Shown: in pieces, positions 15,052 through 24,297 of the stretch
How the letters are laid out: every line of letters begins with the position of its first letter
Position numbering within the stretch: the stretch's first letter is position 1
IMG/VR virus record: IMGVR_UViG_3300028909_000001
Reading direction: 5' to 3' (one strand)
Origin: a virus
Lineage: Duplodnaviria > Caudoviricetes
DNA: 64,000 bases
Made by a program: the position numbers and the translations under genes
The notes under the pieces: generated by a model
Told to the model about the DNA's origin: nothing
Databases searched by the model: none
Seen by the model: only the letters and a program-made list of their open reading frames with translations

Positions 15052-16944
15052 ATGTTTAAGAAATATTTAATACCGTTAGCTTTATTATTTAATGTATTTT
15101 GCGTTAAAGCCCAACTAGTAGATTTGGAAGTTGTTACTGATACTAACGAAGTTCTGCTAGGTCAAAGTACAAATATATTTGCCTCCAACTCTATTCCTTT
15201 TAATGCTGCAGTAAATGCTAGTAGCCCTACAATTGTGACTAATTTTACCTTTATTTCACCGATGCAATATGGTGCAGTTGGTAACGGTATAGCAAATGAT
15301 ACTTTGGCTTTGAGCAATTCAGTTACCGCCATGAACGCGGGCAACATCCTGGTATGGGATGGGCAGGGGCAGACGTATTATATCACCTCTGGAGTTGCTT
15401 GGACTAGGGGACATATTGAAATTAGGAATGCAACCATAGTAGTCCCTAGTAATTTCGTTGGGTCTGTGTTTATACACAGCCAATCAATACAAGGACAGTT
15501 AGGCAATGGAGCTTATTATCACGGTCTAACAATTGAGAGACAAGGAACAAATGCCCCCGATCCATCCGTTGTAGGTATCCAAAATGGGGTATTAGGATTT
15601 AGCTATTTCGAAGATTTAAAAACAGAATTTGTTCACTTTTCAAACCTCTGGAGGAATGTAGAGATTATTAATACACCGCAATTCGATATTAGACATTGTA
15701 TGATGGGTAACTGTTGGAGCAACAAGGTTTATGTGGCCCAGTCGGTTGCACAATCGCAGACGTCGAGCGAGGGCGGTGACGAGAGCATAATCACGCTGAA
15801 CGACATGAACACCCTGGATGACAATAACTCGTCACCGACCAGCGTTGTTGATTCACAGCGTCATAATTGCATCGACATCCAGCTAGATGCGTACTGCATC
15901 CATCTAGAGGTCAGCTACAATAACGGCGGCAGCGATAAGCAAGCTTTCAAAGTGTCGCCCTGGGTGGGTGGATCAACGATCTTTTTCCGGGGTGGCGAAT
16001 ATGAAGGGATGTTTGCGAGCTATCCCACAAATCTGTGCCAGTTCGAAATCTGGAACTCAGTAGTGCACTTCGAGGATTGCCACATTGCGGGGAACGGTGT
16101 CTTTGGAACAAGTAATTATCTTGCCGCAATTGGTTTGTACGCGACGAACGGTCAGCATATCTCTTTCCGGTCGGACACGTTTACCGGCCAGCTGCCGAAT
16201 GAGACGAACGTATTCGATATTTGGACGGCAGACGGATTCATGGGCAACATTGATTTTTTGCAATATCCGCAATATTTATCTGCAAACACATGTGGTTTTA
16301 CGTGGCATACAAACTTGAATGATGTAGGGGTAAATTATCCGATTCAAGGGACGGTGCCGGCAGTAATTAGCGGGACAAATACGGTAGTTTGGGCGCCAGG
16401 CCAAGGCACGGTAACAATTGGGGCGGCAGGATGTATGGTTGCAGTGAATGAAAACGGCGTAGGACAATATTGCACGTTTGGCAATTCAGCGAATTTTAAT
16501 AACGGTTTTTTGTCGCTTGGGAATGCTTATTTTAATAACGGAGTCACGGAAAACGGAGGAAGACCAGACATGTCGGTCAATGCTCCTTATTCTCACGTCT
16601 TAGACTTTTTTGTGCAATCATCAGGTTTATCAGATTCACACTGGGTTAACGGGACAAATTGGGTAGCAGATGTTGTTGATTATACCAATCAAGCTAATGT
16701 ATTTGCTGGTTCAATCGGAATATTAGGTACTAATCAAGCAACTATGACCTCTACCGGTTATACTAACAATAATACCTATGATGTTAGAGTATTCAATCTT
16801 CAAGGTACAACTATCATATTTAGTAATAACGTTAGTACCGCCAATGCTATTATAGGTACGATTGCTGTTAATAATGATTTCCTTACTCTACATCCTCACG
16901 AAATGTTATATGGTACTGGTATGACTGGTAGTATCATACAATAA
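15052..16944 (+). CDS. Tailspike-like beta-helix protein with signal-peptide-like N-terminus
   Basis: ISPMQYGAVGNGIANDTLAL matches the pectate_lyase_3/tailspike (F/Y)GAxGDGxxDDT start motif; MFKKYLIPLALLFNVFCVKA|Q. Confidence 0.75.
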   Translation: MFKKYLIPLALLFNVFCVKAQLVDLEVVTDTNEVLLGQSTNIFASNSIPFNAAVNASSPTIVTNFTFISPMQYGAVGNGIANDTLALSNSVTAMNAGNILVWDGQGQTYYITSGVAWTRGHIEIRNATIVVPSNFVGSVFIHSQSIQGQLGNGAYYHGLTIERQGTNAPDPSVVGIQNGVLGFSYFEDLKTEFVHFSNLWRNVEIINTPQFDIRHCMMGNCWSNKVYVAQSVAQSQTSSEGGDESIITLNDMNTLDDNNSSPTSVVDSQRHNCIDIQLDAYCIHLEVSYNNGGSDKQAFKVSPWVGGSTIFFRGGEYEGMFASYPTNLCQFEIWNSVVHFEDCHIAGNGVFGTSNYLAAIGLYATNGQHISFRSDTFTGQLPNETNVFDIWTADGFMGNIDFLQYPQYLSANTCGFTWHTNLNDVGVNYPIQGTVPAVISGTNTVVWAPGQGTVTIGAAGCMVAVNENGVGQYCTFGNSANFNNGFLSLGNAYFNNGVTENGGRPDMSVNAPYSHVLDFFVQSSGLSDSHWVNGTNWVADVVDYTNQANVFAGSIGILGTNQATMTSTGYTNNNTYDVRVFNLQGTTIIFSNNVSTANAIIGTIAVNNDFLTLHPHEMLYGTGMTGSIIQ

Positions 16945-17082
16945 GATGTTCAATCTAGTTCATCAGTATATGAGGTATGATGGTAGCCTTAATTGGTGGG
17001 AGCATGCCTGGTTTATTGAATGGAAAAGACTGGCTAATATCTCTTCTTGACTAGTTCTTTATTTCATCATAGTATTTCAATT

Positions 17083-17316
17083 ATGAATAAAGGATATTTA
17101 CTTACAATACCGGAAGAGGTCACATTAACTCCAGAAGTGTTTAAGCAGATGATGAATCAATATAAACATTATAGGAGTGTTTCATATACATTTAGTAAGA
17201 AACATACTAATGATATTCTCAATTATAGGAAGTCTTCAGGAAAGAGTAATATAATCCCTGGTAATGTATATAATCTGCCTATTACTTATAACGCAGATAT
17301 TACTGGCGTTAAATAG
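17083..17316 (+). CDS. Hypothetical protein
   Basis: ATG 17083 is in frame with the 17047 ORF; last + strand gene before the strand switch. Confidence 0.5.
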   Translation: MNKGYLLTIPEEVTLTPEVFKQMMNQYKHYRSVSYTFSKKHTNDILNYRKSSGKSNIIPGNVYNLPITYNADITGVK

Positions 17317-17575
17317 GAAGATAAATCGGCCTTCTAGTCATTCTGGCATTACAGTTATAACTAACTTTATTAGTTTGTGTAAAGCCAGAAGTATTAATTA
17401 TCCTGGCATGACTACGATAACAATGCTCAGAAGTTTTATATACCAAGGTATTCTCTCTCCAAACCGGTTGCCCTAACTCACACAATCCTAGAATACCAGG
17501 CATTACAGGATTAATAGGTGGTATTATAGCTGGACTACCTAATTCCGGCTCGCCATATTCAATAGTTCCTATCAT
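17309..17575 (-). CDS. Hypothetical protein
   Basis: 88 aa, last gene of the long - strand operon, 1 nt from the upstream gene. Confidence 0.6.
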   Translation of the reverse strand: MIGTIEYGEPELGSPAIIPPINPVMPGILGLCELGQPVWRENTLVYKTSEHCYRSHARIINTSGFTQTNKVSYNCNARMTRRPIYLPI

Positions 17576-17576
17576 A

Positions 17577-17948
17577 TTAGTTATTGAACATTTTAGGGAA
17601 TTTATCGAATTGGGTAGGAACGTTTAACTTCACCTTATTATCTAACAATCTTTCATTAAAGAAGGTAGATATATTACTCCCTCTAGGTCTCATATTTTTA
17701 GATAGAATAGAAGCAAGAATAAGTCTAGGTCTATTAACTACTCCTCCTACTACCTTATAAGCAGCATAGCCTAGTAAATTCTGTCTCGGGTCTCTAATAT
17801 TGCTATAATAGTTCTTTCCAGTAAGTTTCTTATACCCACCAGAATACCACATCTTATCAGCAGCTCTTTGTAAAGCACTGACAGATTCTGGACTGAGGTT
17901 TAGTCTTTCTTTGCCTCTCTCCTCTGCATGATAAGGTTTAATATTCAT
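17577..17948 (-). CDS. Basic hypothetical protein with N-terminal HAxxRxxER motif
   Basis: YHAEERGKERL; overlap-coupled to the upstream gene. Confidence 0.65.
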   Translation of the reverse strand: MNIKPYHAEERGKERLNLSPESVSALQRAADKMWYSGGYKKLTGKNYYSNIRDPRQNLLGYAAYKVVGGVVNRPRLILASILSKNMRPRGSNISTFFNERLLDNKVKLNVPTQFDKFPKMFNN

Positions 17949-18412
17949 CCTGCACTAAAATATTGAATACCTACATAATTAGGTATTGGTCTACCTACAT
18001 CATTATTACAGTATCTATTATTGATATTGATATTAAAGTAATTACTACTAGCTGCAGGAGTGATCGAAAATACTAGCTGTGTCAAAACATGTCTAGTATT
18101 AACATCTCGATCTGTAGAGCCGGCTAGCGTTAAATAGTATATACCTGGCAGAAAGGTTTGTGCAGTACTAGCTCTTATCTTTATAATAACAAATCCATCT
18201 TCTAATACTATGCCATCATCTCTAGAACCTTCCCAGACTAGACCCGGACCATCTAATTCAGCTTTAAGATATGCATGTAATGTATATTTAGCAGTATCTA
18301 TCAGTTCAAAAATAGGAATAATAATATTATCTCCTTGATAGTGGTTAGGAGCTTCTTGTTTCACACCATACATTTCAAATTGGGTTGGCAAGTAATTTGG
18401 TAACTCTTTCAT
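17945..18412 (-). CDS. Ig-like/BppU-N-like structural protein
   Basis: YQGDNIII..LIDTAKYTLHAYLK..TFLPGIYYLTL pattern resembles baseplate-upper N-terminal beta-sandwiches. Confidence 0.5.
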   Translation of the reverse strand: MKELPNYLPTQFEMYGVKQEAPNHYQGDNIIIPIFELIDTAKYTLHAYLKAELDGPGLVWEGSRDDGIVLEDGFVIIKIRASTAQTFLPGIYYLTLAGSTDRDVNTRHVLTQLVFSITPAASSNYFNININNRYCNNDVGRPIPNYVGIQYFSAG

Positions 18413-18430
18413 AATTCATTATAGCTTAAT

Positions 18431-18742
18431 CTAGATACACTTCAAAGTAGTTTTACCAGAGCTATCTCTAGTATAATAACAGATTTTATCCACTTTTAAT
18501 ATAGTTTTTGCAACTATATGATCACCCTGGCTTAACATATCTAGACTGCGTTCAAAGGTGTTCTTATTAGCAGCATAGACTGGTCCAGCACTACAACCAC
18601 AACCACTCTTCTTTACTGCATCCTGGGCTTTCTTAGCTATGTCTTTAATAGGAGTAAGACTAGATAAGGCCATTAATTGAGGATATTGGCTTAATAGTCT
18701 TATTACATGGTCTATTCCACTTATAGTATAACTGTTACTCAT
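18431..18742 (-). CDS. Hypothetical protein (GCGC motif)
   Basis: 103 aa, in the operon. Confidence 0.65.
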   Translation of the reverse strand: MSNSYTISGIDHVIRLLSQYPQLMALSSLTPIKDIAKKAQDAVKKSGCGCSAGPVYAANKNTFERSLDMLSQGDHIVAKTILKVDKICYYTRDSSGKTTLKCI

Positions 18743-19488
18743 ATTGTAGGAGGGTTAGGTAGGGTTGTAGGAAGTATATCTGTAATGTTAAAATCCAACC
18801 CAATATAAACACGACTATTGTTAATATCATCGTATACTTTAAAGTGATTCCCTGCTTTTATATAGATTGGGTTGCCAGTATTTGAGGGACTAGCTCCATT
18901 AACCGTACTAACTATGCTGCTACAATCATTTACTACACCTTTAATATTGATACAAGGTAGTGGATGTCCTTCATTTCTACCCACTTCTATACTTAATTCT
19001 TGTTTTTCTGGTAATAAAGTTAATTGATATCCATCACTTAAACTCACATTTCCAGTAAGATTATTCCCATTTATATTAAGATTAGTCAGACCTAAAGTGT
19101 TGGGGTAAATCTCTATCAAAGTAGTAGGTTCAAATACAGCATTGACATTAAAGGTAAGATTATTTGATATGTGGGTTGCATCTCCTACTACTAATAAACT
19201 ATTACTACTATTTCTTACATAATAAGGATAAGTTGCAGTAAGATAGTTAGGTATCGTAAATACAGGTTGTCCAGTTATGTTTATGGATAATGCAGTAGTT
19301 GTAATTATGGTATTTAAAGTAACCGAACTAGGCACACTACTATAGAATAAGCAGGCATCAAGTATCAATGGTTTAATATATATTGTAGTACTCCCTGTAG
19401 TGATTGAATAAGGACTATTTGCTACTAAAGGATAATCCCTTAAAGCATTTTCATTCAGCCACTCTAATATTGTTGAACTATTACTCAT
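18739..19488 (-). CDS. Baseplate/fibre-associated paralogue 1 of 5
   Basis: EWLNENALRDYPL N-motif and TVNGASP..GN C-motif. Confidence 0.65.
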   Translation of the reverse strand: MSNSSTILEWLNENALRDYPLVANSPYSITTGSTTIYIKPLILDACLFYSSVPSSVTLNTIITTTALSINITGQPVFTIPNYLTATYPYYVRNSSNSLLVVGDATHISNNLTFNVNAVFEPTTLIEIYPNTLGLTNLNINGNNLTGNVSLSDGYQLTLLPEKQELSIEVGRNEGHPLPCINIKGVVNDCSSIVSTVNGASPSNTGNPIYIKAGNHFKVYDDINNSRVYIGLDFNITDILPTTLPNPPTI

Positions 19489-20914
19489 AAACTACAGACC
19501 TGGCTACATTTAAGTTACTGTCTTTAATAGGTATATTCAAGGTTAAAGTATTTCCAGTAGTTTGAGCGATGGACATTACTGCATCACCTGTAATAGTAAT
19601 TTGATTATTATATGGTGATACTCCATTAATAGTTTTTAAAGGTATAATGCTATTCAATGTAATAGTAGGTCCTCCAATAAATACAGTGTTTATATTATTC
19701 GATAAGTTGTAAGTTGATTGAAAATAAGGAGTTATATAAAGTGTATTAGTGTTGATATTGTATATATTAAAACTAGTACTATACATATTCCAACCATACA
19801 ATGCATTATTATAGATGAATATCCCTCCTAACCAAGGAACATGTTGATTAGCAGTATAATGTATAGAGTTATTTATAGTTGGATCTACTAGAGGGCCTAA
19901 TAATGTAGAAGTAGCAGTAAGACCACTAACTGTAACAGTATAAATAAAGCTGCTAAAATATACAATACTCGGCAATGTACTATAATCTTGTGGACCATTA
20001 GTAAAGGTATAAAAAGTACTATTTAGATAAGTTAGTCCTAGAGTATTAGTTATCCCAGTATCGATTCCAGTATTATTAACGGTATATGGATAATGACCAT
20101 AGTTATAAAGACTATTGTTTATTAATACCCAAAGATTAGAAGCATTATCTGTAGTGATACCAGTTATATTTCCAGTTATATTAGTTAATAATGGTGTAGC
20201 TGGAATACTGGATAAATCATAGATGGTAGCTTTATTATATTCATTTAATACTCCAATTAAATGAGAACTTTCATCATAGATAATATCATACACCTTATCT
20301 AATGTAGTTTGAGGGGAAAGCGTATTATTTACAGTATTTGCTAGAATGAGTTCCTGGCTAGAGTTAAAAAGGTATGCTTGGTTAGCAGATAATTCTAAAG
20401 TTTGTAGATTTGTAGGTAGACTAGCAGCACTGATGGTAGGGTAGCCGAAGTAGGAGCTAGTGTTATATATTAGATTGTTATCGAAAGCTATACTTACATT
20501 CCCTAATAAGCCATTAATACTATATACTCCATTAGTAGAGGTAATTGTCCTTACCGTATTATTATTGAAAGCGGCATTTAAAGTAATTATATTACTGTAT
20601 TTCTTAGCTATTATATCAGATATTAACTGGCCAAATACTAGACATCCGTAGCTTCTATTAATAGTCCTTAGTCTAACTGATACACCTTCAGACAAAGTAG
20701 ATAATGCATAAGCAAAATCATAAGCTCCATCATCCATTAATATATTTAGTATAAGCTCAGTTTCAGTAATGGTAATAGTATTTAATGTAGGTACAAAATT
20801 ATCATAGCTAATAAATGATGCATCACAGAATACTCCATTTAATCCTCCAGCATTGACTAGAGGATATTCAGTATTATTTATATTTTGCCAGTTAGTTATT
20901 CCTATTCCTTGCAT
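19481..20914 (-). CDS. Baseplate/fibre-associated paralogue 2 of 5, with inserted beta-propeller-like region
   Basis: NWQNINNTEYPL; TINGVSP; central repeats such as ITGITTDNASNLWVL and TLGLTYLNSTFY. Confidence 0.6.
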   Translation of the reverse strand: MQGIGITNWQNINNTEYPLVNAGGLNGVFCDASFISYDNFVPTLNTITITETELILNILMDDGAYDFAYALSTLSEGVSVRLRTINRSYGCLVFGQLISDIIAKKYSNIITLNAAFNNNTVRTITSTNGVYSINGLLGNVSIAFDNNLIYNTSSYFGYPTISAASLPTNLQTLELSANQAYLFNSSQELILANTVNNTLSPQTTLDKVYDIIYDESSHLIGVLNEYNKATIYDLSSIPATPLLTNITGNITGITTDNASNLWVLINNSLYNYGHYPYTVNNTGIDTGITNTLGLTYLNSTFYTFTNGPQDYSTLPSIVYFSSFIYTVTVSGLTATSTLLGPLVDPTINNSIHYTANQHVPWLGGIFIYNNALYGWNMYSTSFNIYNINTNTLYITPYFQSTYNLSNNINTVFIGGPTITLNSIIPLKTINGVSPYNNQITITGDAVMSIAQTTGNTLTLNIPIKDSNLNVARSVVYE

Positions 20915-20915
20915 A

Positions 20916-21737
20916 TTAAGAGTATTGTGGCCAGGTACTATATTCTGGATTAACTATGGTATTAATAGGCTCATAGCTAGTCTGGGATGGGTTAATAGGA
21001 GGTAGATTGATAGGAACACAAACATTAGACAAGGTTATTCCAGGTGTAGTTATAATTAGTTGAGTAACTCCATCTACTACACCAGTACTTATTACTAATG
21101 GAGATATGGCATAGATATCAATATTTCCATTAAGGTTAGGTATTACAGTATTTATACCAGATATTACAAAGTTATTGCAAGATAACTGGGTTGAACTTAA
21201 ATCCCCTCTAGATAATATATTAACTGGATAAAGGACAGATAGATTTAGTTCTGAACCTGTATTTATACCAAGACTAGTACTGGTCAATGTAATAGCACCC
21301 GTCATAGTTGTACCTTTGATAGTTATACCAGTTACTAGAGGTGGTGAGATAATCGTAATAGTGCTTCCTTCAATCAATCCATTAGTATTGTTAAACGAGA
21401 ATGTTTGCTTAGGCATGATTCTGGCACTATTCCCTATCGTAACATTTCCTATCACTCCTTCATTAAAGTTATAGATGATTAAGTTTTGATTATTTGTAGT
21501 AATTACACTATTAGCATAACCTATTGGACCATTATTACCTGCAAATGTAATCCCTATATTCCCATTATCAGTTACAATCTTGTTAATATATAAATCTAAA
21601 TCTGATAATAGACAACTTATCTTTAAACCTACTATAATATCGGTAGGTAATTTATTATTATAAGAATCAAATCCACCGTTAAAATTCCTAAACGGATATT
21701 GTCTTAACCAATTGCTCTGTATAAAATTTAATTCCAT
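20916..21737 (-). CDS. Baseplate/fibre-associated paralogue 3 of 5
   Basis: NFIQSNWLRQYPF; GINTVIP..GNI. Confidence 0.65.
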   Translation of the reverse strand: MELNFIQSNWLRQYPFRNFNGGFDSYNNKLPTDIIVGLKISCLLSDLDLYINKIVTDNGNIGITFAGNNGPIGYANSVITTNNQNLIIYNFNEGVIGNVTIGNSARIMPKQTFSFNNTNGLIEGSTITIISPPLVTGITIKGTTMTGAITLTSTSLGINTGSELNLSVLYPVNILSRGDLSSTQLSCNNFVISGINTVIPNLNGNIDIYAISPLVISTGVVDGVTQLIITTPGITLSNVCVPINLPPINPSQTSYEPINTIVNPEYSTWPQYS

Positions 21738-21738
21738 A

Positions 21739-23415
21739 TTAAATTAGCACTATATTCACAGTCTTGCTAGCACTTCCTACTCCAGAAGTAGTAAAAGTTA
21801 TGGGATATGTACCACTTAAAGTTGCAGCACAGGTTAGAGTTAAGTAATAATGATTACTATTTACAGGATTAATACTTAAACTAGTAAATCCAGAACCACT
21901 ATGACTAGCTGTAACTCCATCAAATATAGTCTGATTAAGAGTTACTGTACCTACTATTCCTGAAACTGCCAAGCTTAAATTTCCAGTAGTATTAGTTGGA
22001 TCTAGAAAACCTAAATCAAATGATACTACTTGATAAGCTATAGGTGATAATATGTTACCTGGAACTGAATAGATGTATTGAACTACATAAGCTAGTGTGA
22101 AGTTAAAATTACTTGGGTTTAAAGGCAAAACAAATCCACTTATCCCAACACTACTAGTAGTTAATAAAAAGGTTGCATCATATAAAGCAGTTCCTTGATT
22201 TAAATGGGACATGCCTGATACTGCCGCTTCTTGTAAAGTCAGTCCAGCTAATGTAGTAGTGGCACAATTAAATGAAGTATTGAATAATGGAGCAGTACTG
22301 GATGAAAATACTGGGGTAGGCTGAACCTTCTTAGTATTATCTTCCACTAAATAATAAGTTCCACTTACTATAGTAAACTCAGAGGTATTTAAAGATAGTG
22401 ATAATGAAGTAGTTATAGCTGAATTAGTAGAATAATACACACCTACAACGATGGTATGATATTGATTAACTATATTAGTAATACTGTTGGCCTGAGCTAA
22501 TATATATGGAGTAGATGGTTGTAGCTGTGCATTTTGAGTTATAGTATAGTTAGTAAGCCAGGTATTATAATTGGTATTAGTTGTATTAGCATAACCAGCC
22601 ATCTGAGTTGTTAAATCTGTAACTCTATTATAGTAGTCAGCAAAATTGATTATATTAGCTGCAGTACATTCGGGGTTACATATATTTTGTAGATGTAATC
22701 CACTTATTCCTGCATAAGAAGAATAGCAGCCATCATTAGTTAACACAAAATTTCCCGTACTATCAGCTTCAACCTCATTAATAGTTAAGATTGCACTACT
22801 AGCAGGACAATTATCATATTGTCCTTGGCCTAACCCTTGATTAACATCAAAAGTACAAGTATTAGGTGTAGTGGTAAAGCCAAGATTTGTTCCTTCACTC
22901 AAAGCCAATCCAGTTCCAGGTACTAGTATAGCTCCGGTATCATATATAGTAGTTATTCCTAAACTAGTAGTATTAATCAAAGCTATTCTAGTTATATTAG
23001 GAGGTAGTAGTTTTACACAAGATAAACAGATTGAACAACTACCATCAAAGGTATAAGTTCCGTAAGATAATCCAGTAAAATAAGTTGTTAATGCAGTAAC
23101 GTTAATATCTACATATAATACTTTAGTAGAAGTACTTATATTAAATGTACTTATACAGGCAGGACTAGGTATAGGTACCGTTATTGATAAGCTTGCTGAA
23201 CCAGTGAAATTAAATATCCAGGAAATAGAACTATACACTATTGTTGTTAAGGATAGTGAGGAAAATACACTATCCAGAGCTATTAATTGAGCATCGACAA
23301 TAACATTATTAGGCAGAACTCCACTATTACCGCCACTACTCCATATTAATGTAGCTGTATCCCGGAATGGATAGCGAATTTGGCTACATTCATTTTGATA
23401 TTCTAAAACCTGCAT
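21739..23415 (-). CDS. Baseplate/fibre-associated paralogue 4 of 5
   Basis: EYQNECSQIRYPF; TINEVEADSTGNF; CNPEC followed by a coiled coil. Confidence 0.65.
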   Translation of the reverse strand: MQVLEYQNECSQIRYPFRDTATLIWSSGGNSGVLPNNVIVDAQLIALDSVFSSLSLTTIVYSSISWIFNFTGSASLSITVPIPSPACISTFNISTSTKVLYVDINVTALTTYFTGLSYGTYTFDGSCSICLSCVKLLPPNITRIALINTTSLGITTIYDTGAILVPGTGLALSEGTNLGFTTTPNTCTFDVNQGLGQGQYDNCPASSAILTINEVEADSTGNFVLTNDGCYSSYAGISGLHLQNICNPECTAANIINFADYYNRVTDLTTQMAGYANTTNTNYNTWLTNYTITQNAQLQPSTPYILAQANSITNIVNQYHTIVVGVYYSTNSAITTSLSLSLNTSEFTIVSGTYYLVEDNTKKVQPTPVFSSSTAPLFNTSFNCATTTLAGLTLQEAAVSGMSHLNQGTALYDATFLLTTSSVGISGFVLPLNPSNFNFTLAYVVQYIYSVPGNILSPIAYQVVSFDLGFLDPTNTTGNLSLAVSGIVGTVTLNQTIFDGVTASHSGSGFTSLSINPVNSNHYYLTLTCAATLSGTYPITFTTSGVGSASKTVNIVLI

Positions 23416-23418
23416 AGA

Positions 23419-24297
23419 TTAGCACTGACATTGGTAGTTCAGTAATGTTGTTGCTTGAGTAATAGCAGCTTGCAGGTTATTTGTAAAGTTTCTTATATTG
23501 ATCACACTAGTCTCCAAGCTATTTACTTGAGTAGTTAGTGTTTCTATAGCTGTACAACCCAAACAAGTCTGGCCACAATTATCAGCAATAGATAAACCGA
23601 ATTGTGCAGTTGTTAATGCTACACATTGCTCAGGAATTAGCGTAAAATTACCATCTGAATTAGGAGGCACCCCATTAATAGTAGTAATAGGGATTTGATT
23701 GGAAACACAAATTTTATTTAGTCCTAAATCTTCACCAGCATCTATATAGACTACCCCACTACCTAGTCTGAATTGGATGTTACTATGACCATCAATTTGT
23801 ACATAGCCAGTTTGAGTTGAGGTATTGCCTTTAACATCACTAAATGATATCCAGCTAAGTCCTGGATTACTAGGACTATAAACTCTCATTAATAAAGTTG
23901 TAGCAGTATAACTAAAGATAAAGTTTCCTGATACTAAATCTACTAAATCATCTCCTGAACCAATAGTAATATTCCCAGTAGCTGAGGGGAAGTTTGAACC
24001 AGGAATCAAAGATAAATCAGTATTATAGTTAGTTAGTGGTAATGTAGTTTGAAATACCCCCATTTCTCCTAAAGTTTGATCAGATATTTCAATAGATAAA
24101 TTTGTAGGAGAGACAGATACAGCAGAAATATAAAGGCTTAAACTCACTGTACCTGGATTACATAATACCAAATCTACAATTAAACTGTTCGGAATAGTAA
24201 ACAATCCATCCACAGAAGTTCTAGAGCAACCATCCTTAATAGGGTAGTTACGTAGTGAATTCGTGTTAAGATAATCTAATGTTACCATATTATGCAA
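23419..24297 (-). CDS. Baseplate/fibre-associated paralogue 5 of 5
   Basis: DYLNTNSLRNYPI; TINGVPPNSDGNF; CGQTCLGC followed by a coiled coil. Confidence 0.65.
   Translation of the reverse strand: MHNMVTLDYLNTNSLRNYPIKDGCSRTSVDGLFTIPNSLIVDLVLCNPGTVSLSLYISAVSVSPTNLSIEISDQTLGEMGVFQTTLPLTNYNTDLSLIPGSNFPSATGNITIGSGDDLVDLVSGNFIFSYTATTLLMRVYSPSNPGLSWISFSDVKGNTSTQTGYVQIDGHSNIQFRLGSGVVYIDAGEDLGLNKICVSNQIPITTINGVPPNSDGNFTLIPEQCVALTTAQFGLSIADNCGQTCLGCTAIETLTTQVNSLETSVINIRNFTNNLQAAITQATTLLNYQCQC

Noticed and set aside
10409-16467. Overlapping ORFs inside the large + strand genes (10409, 10778, 11400, 11629, 12283, 12293, 12580, 13196, 15162, 15947, 16057, 16085, 16276)
   Set aside because: They are fully nested in long genes, mostly in the GC-richer segments where stops are rarer, and have no recognisable motifs.
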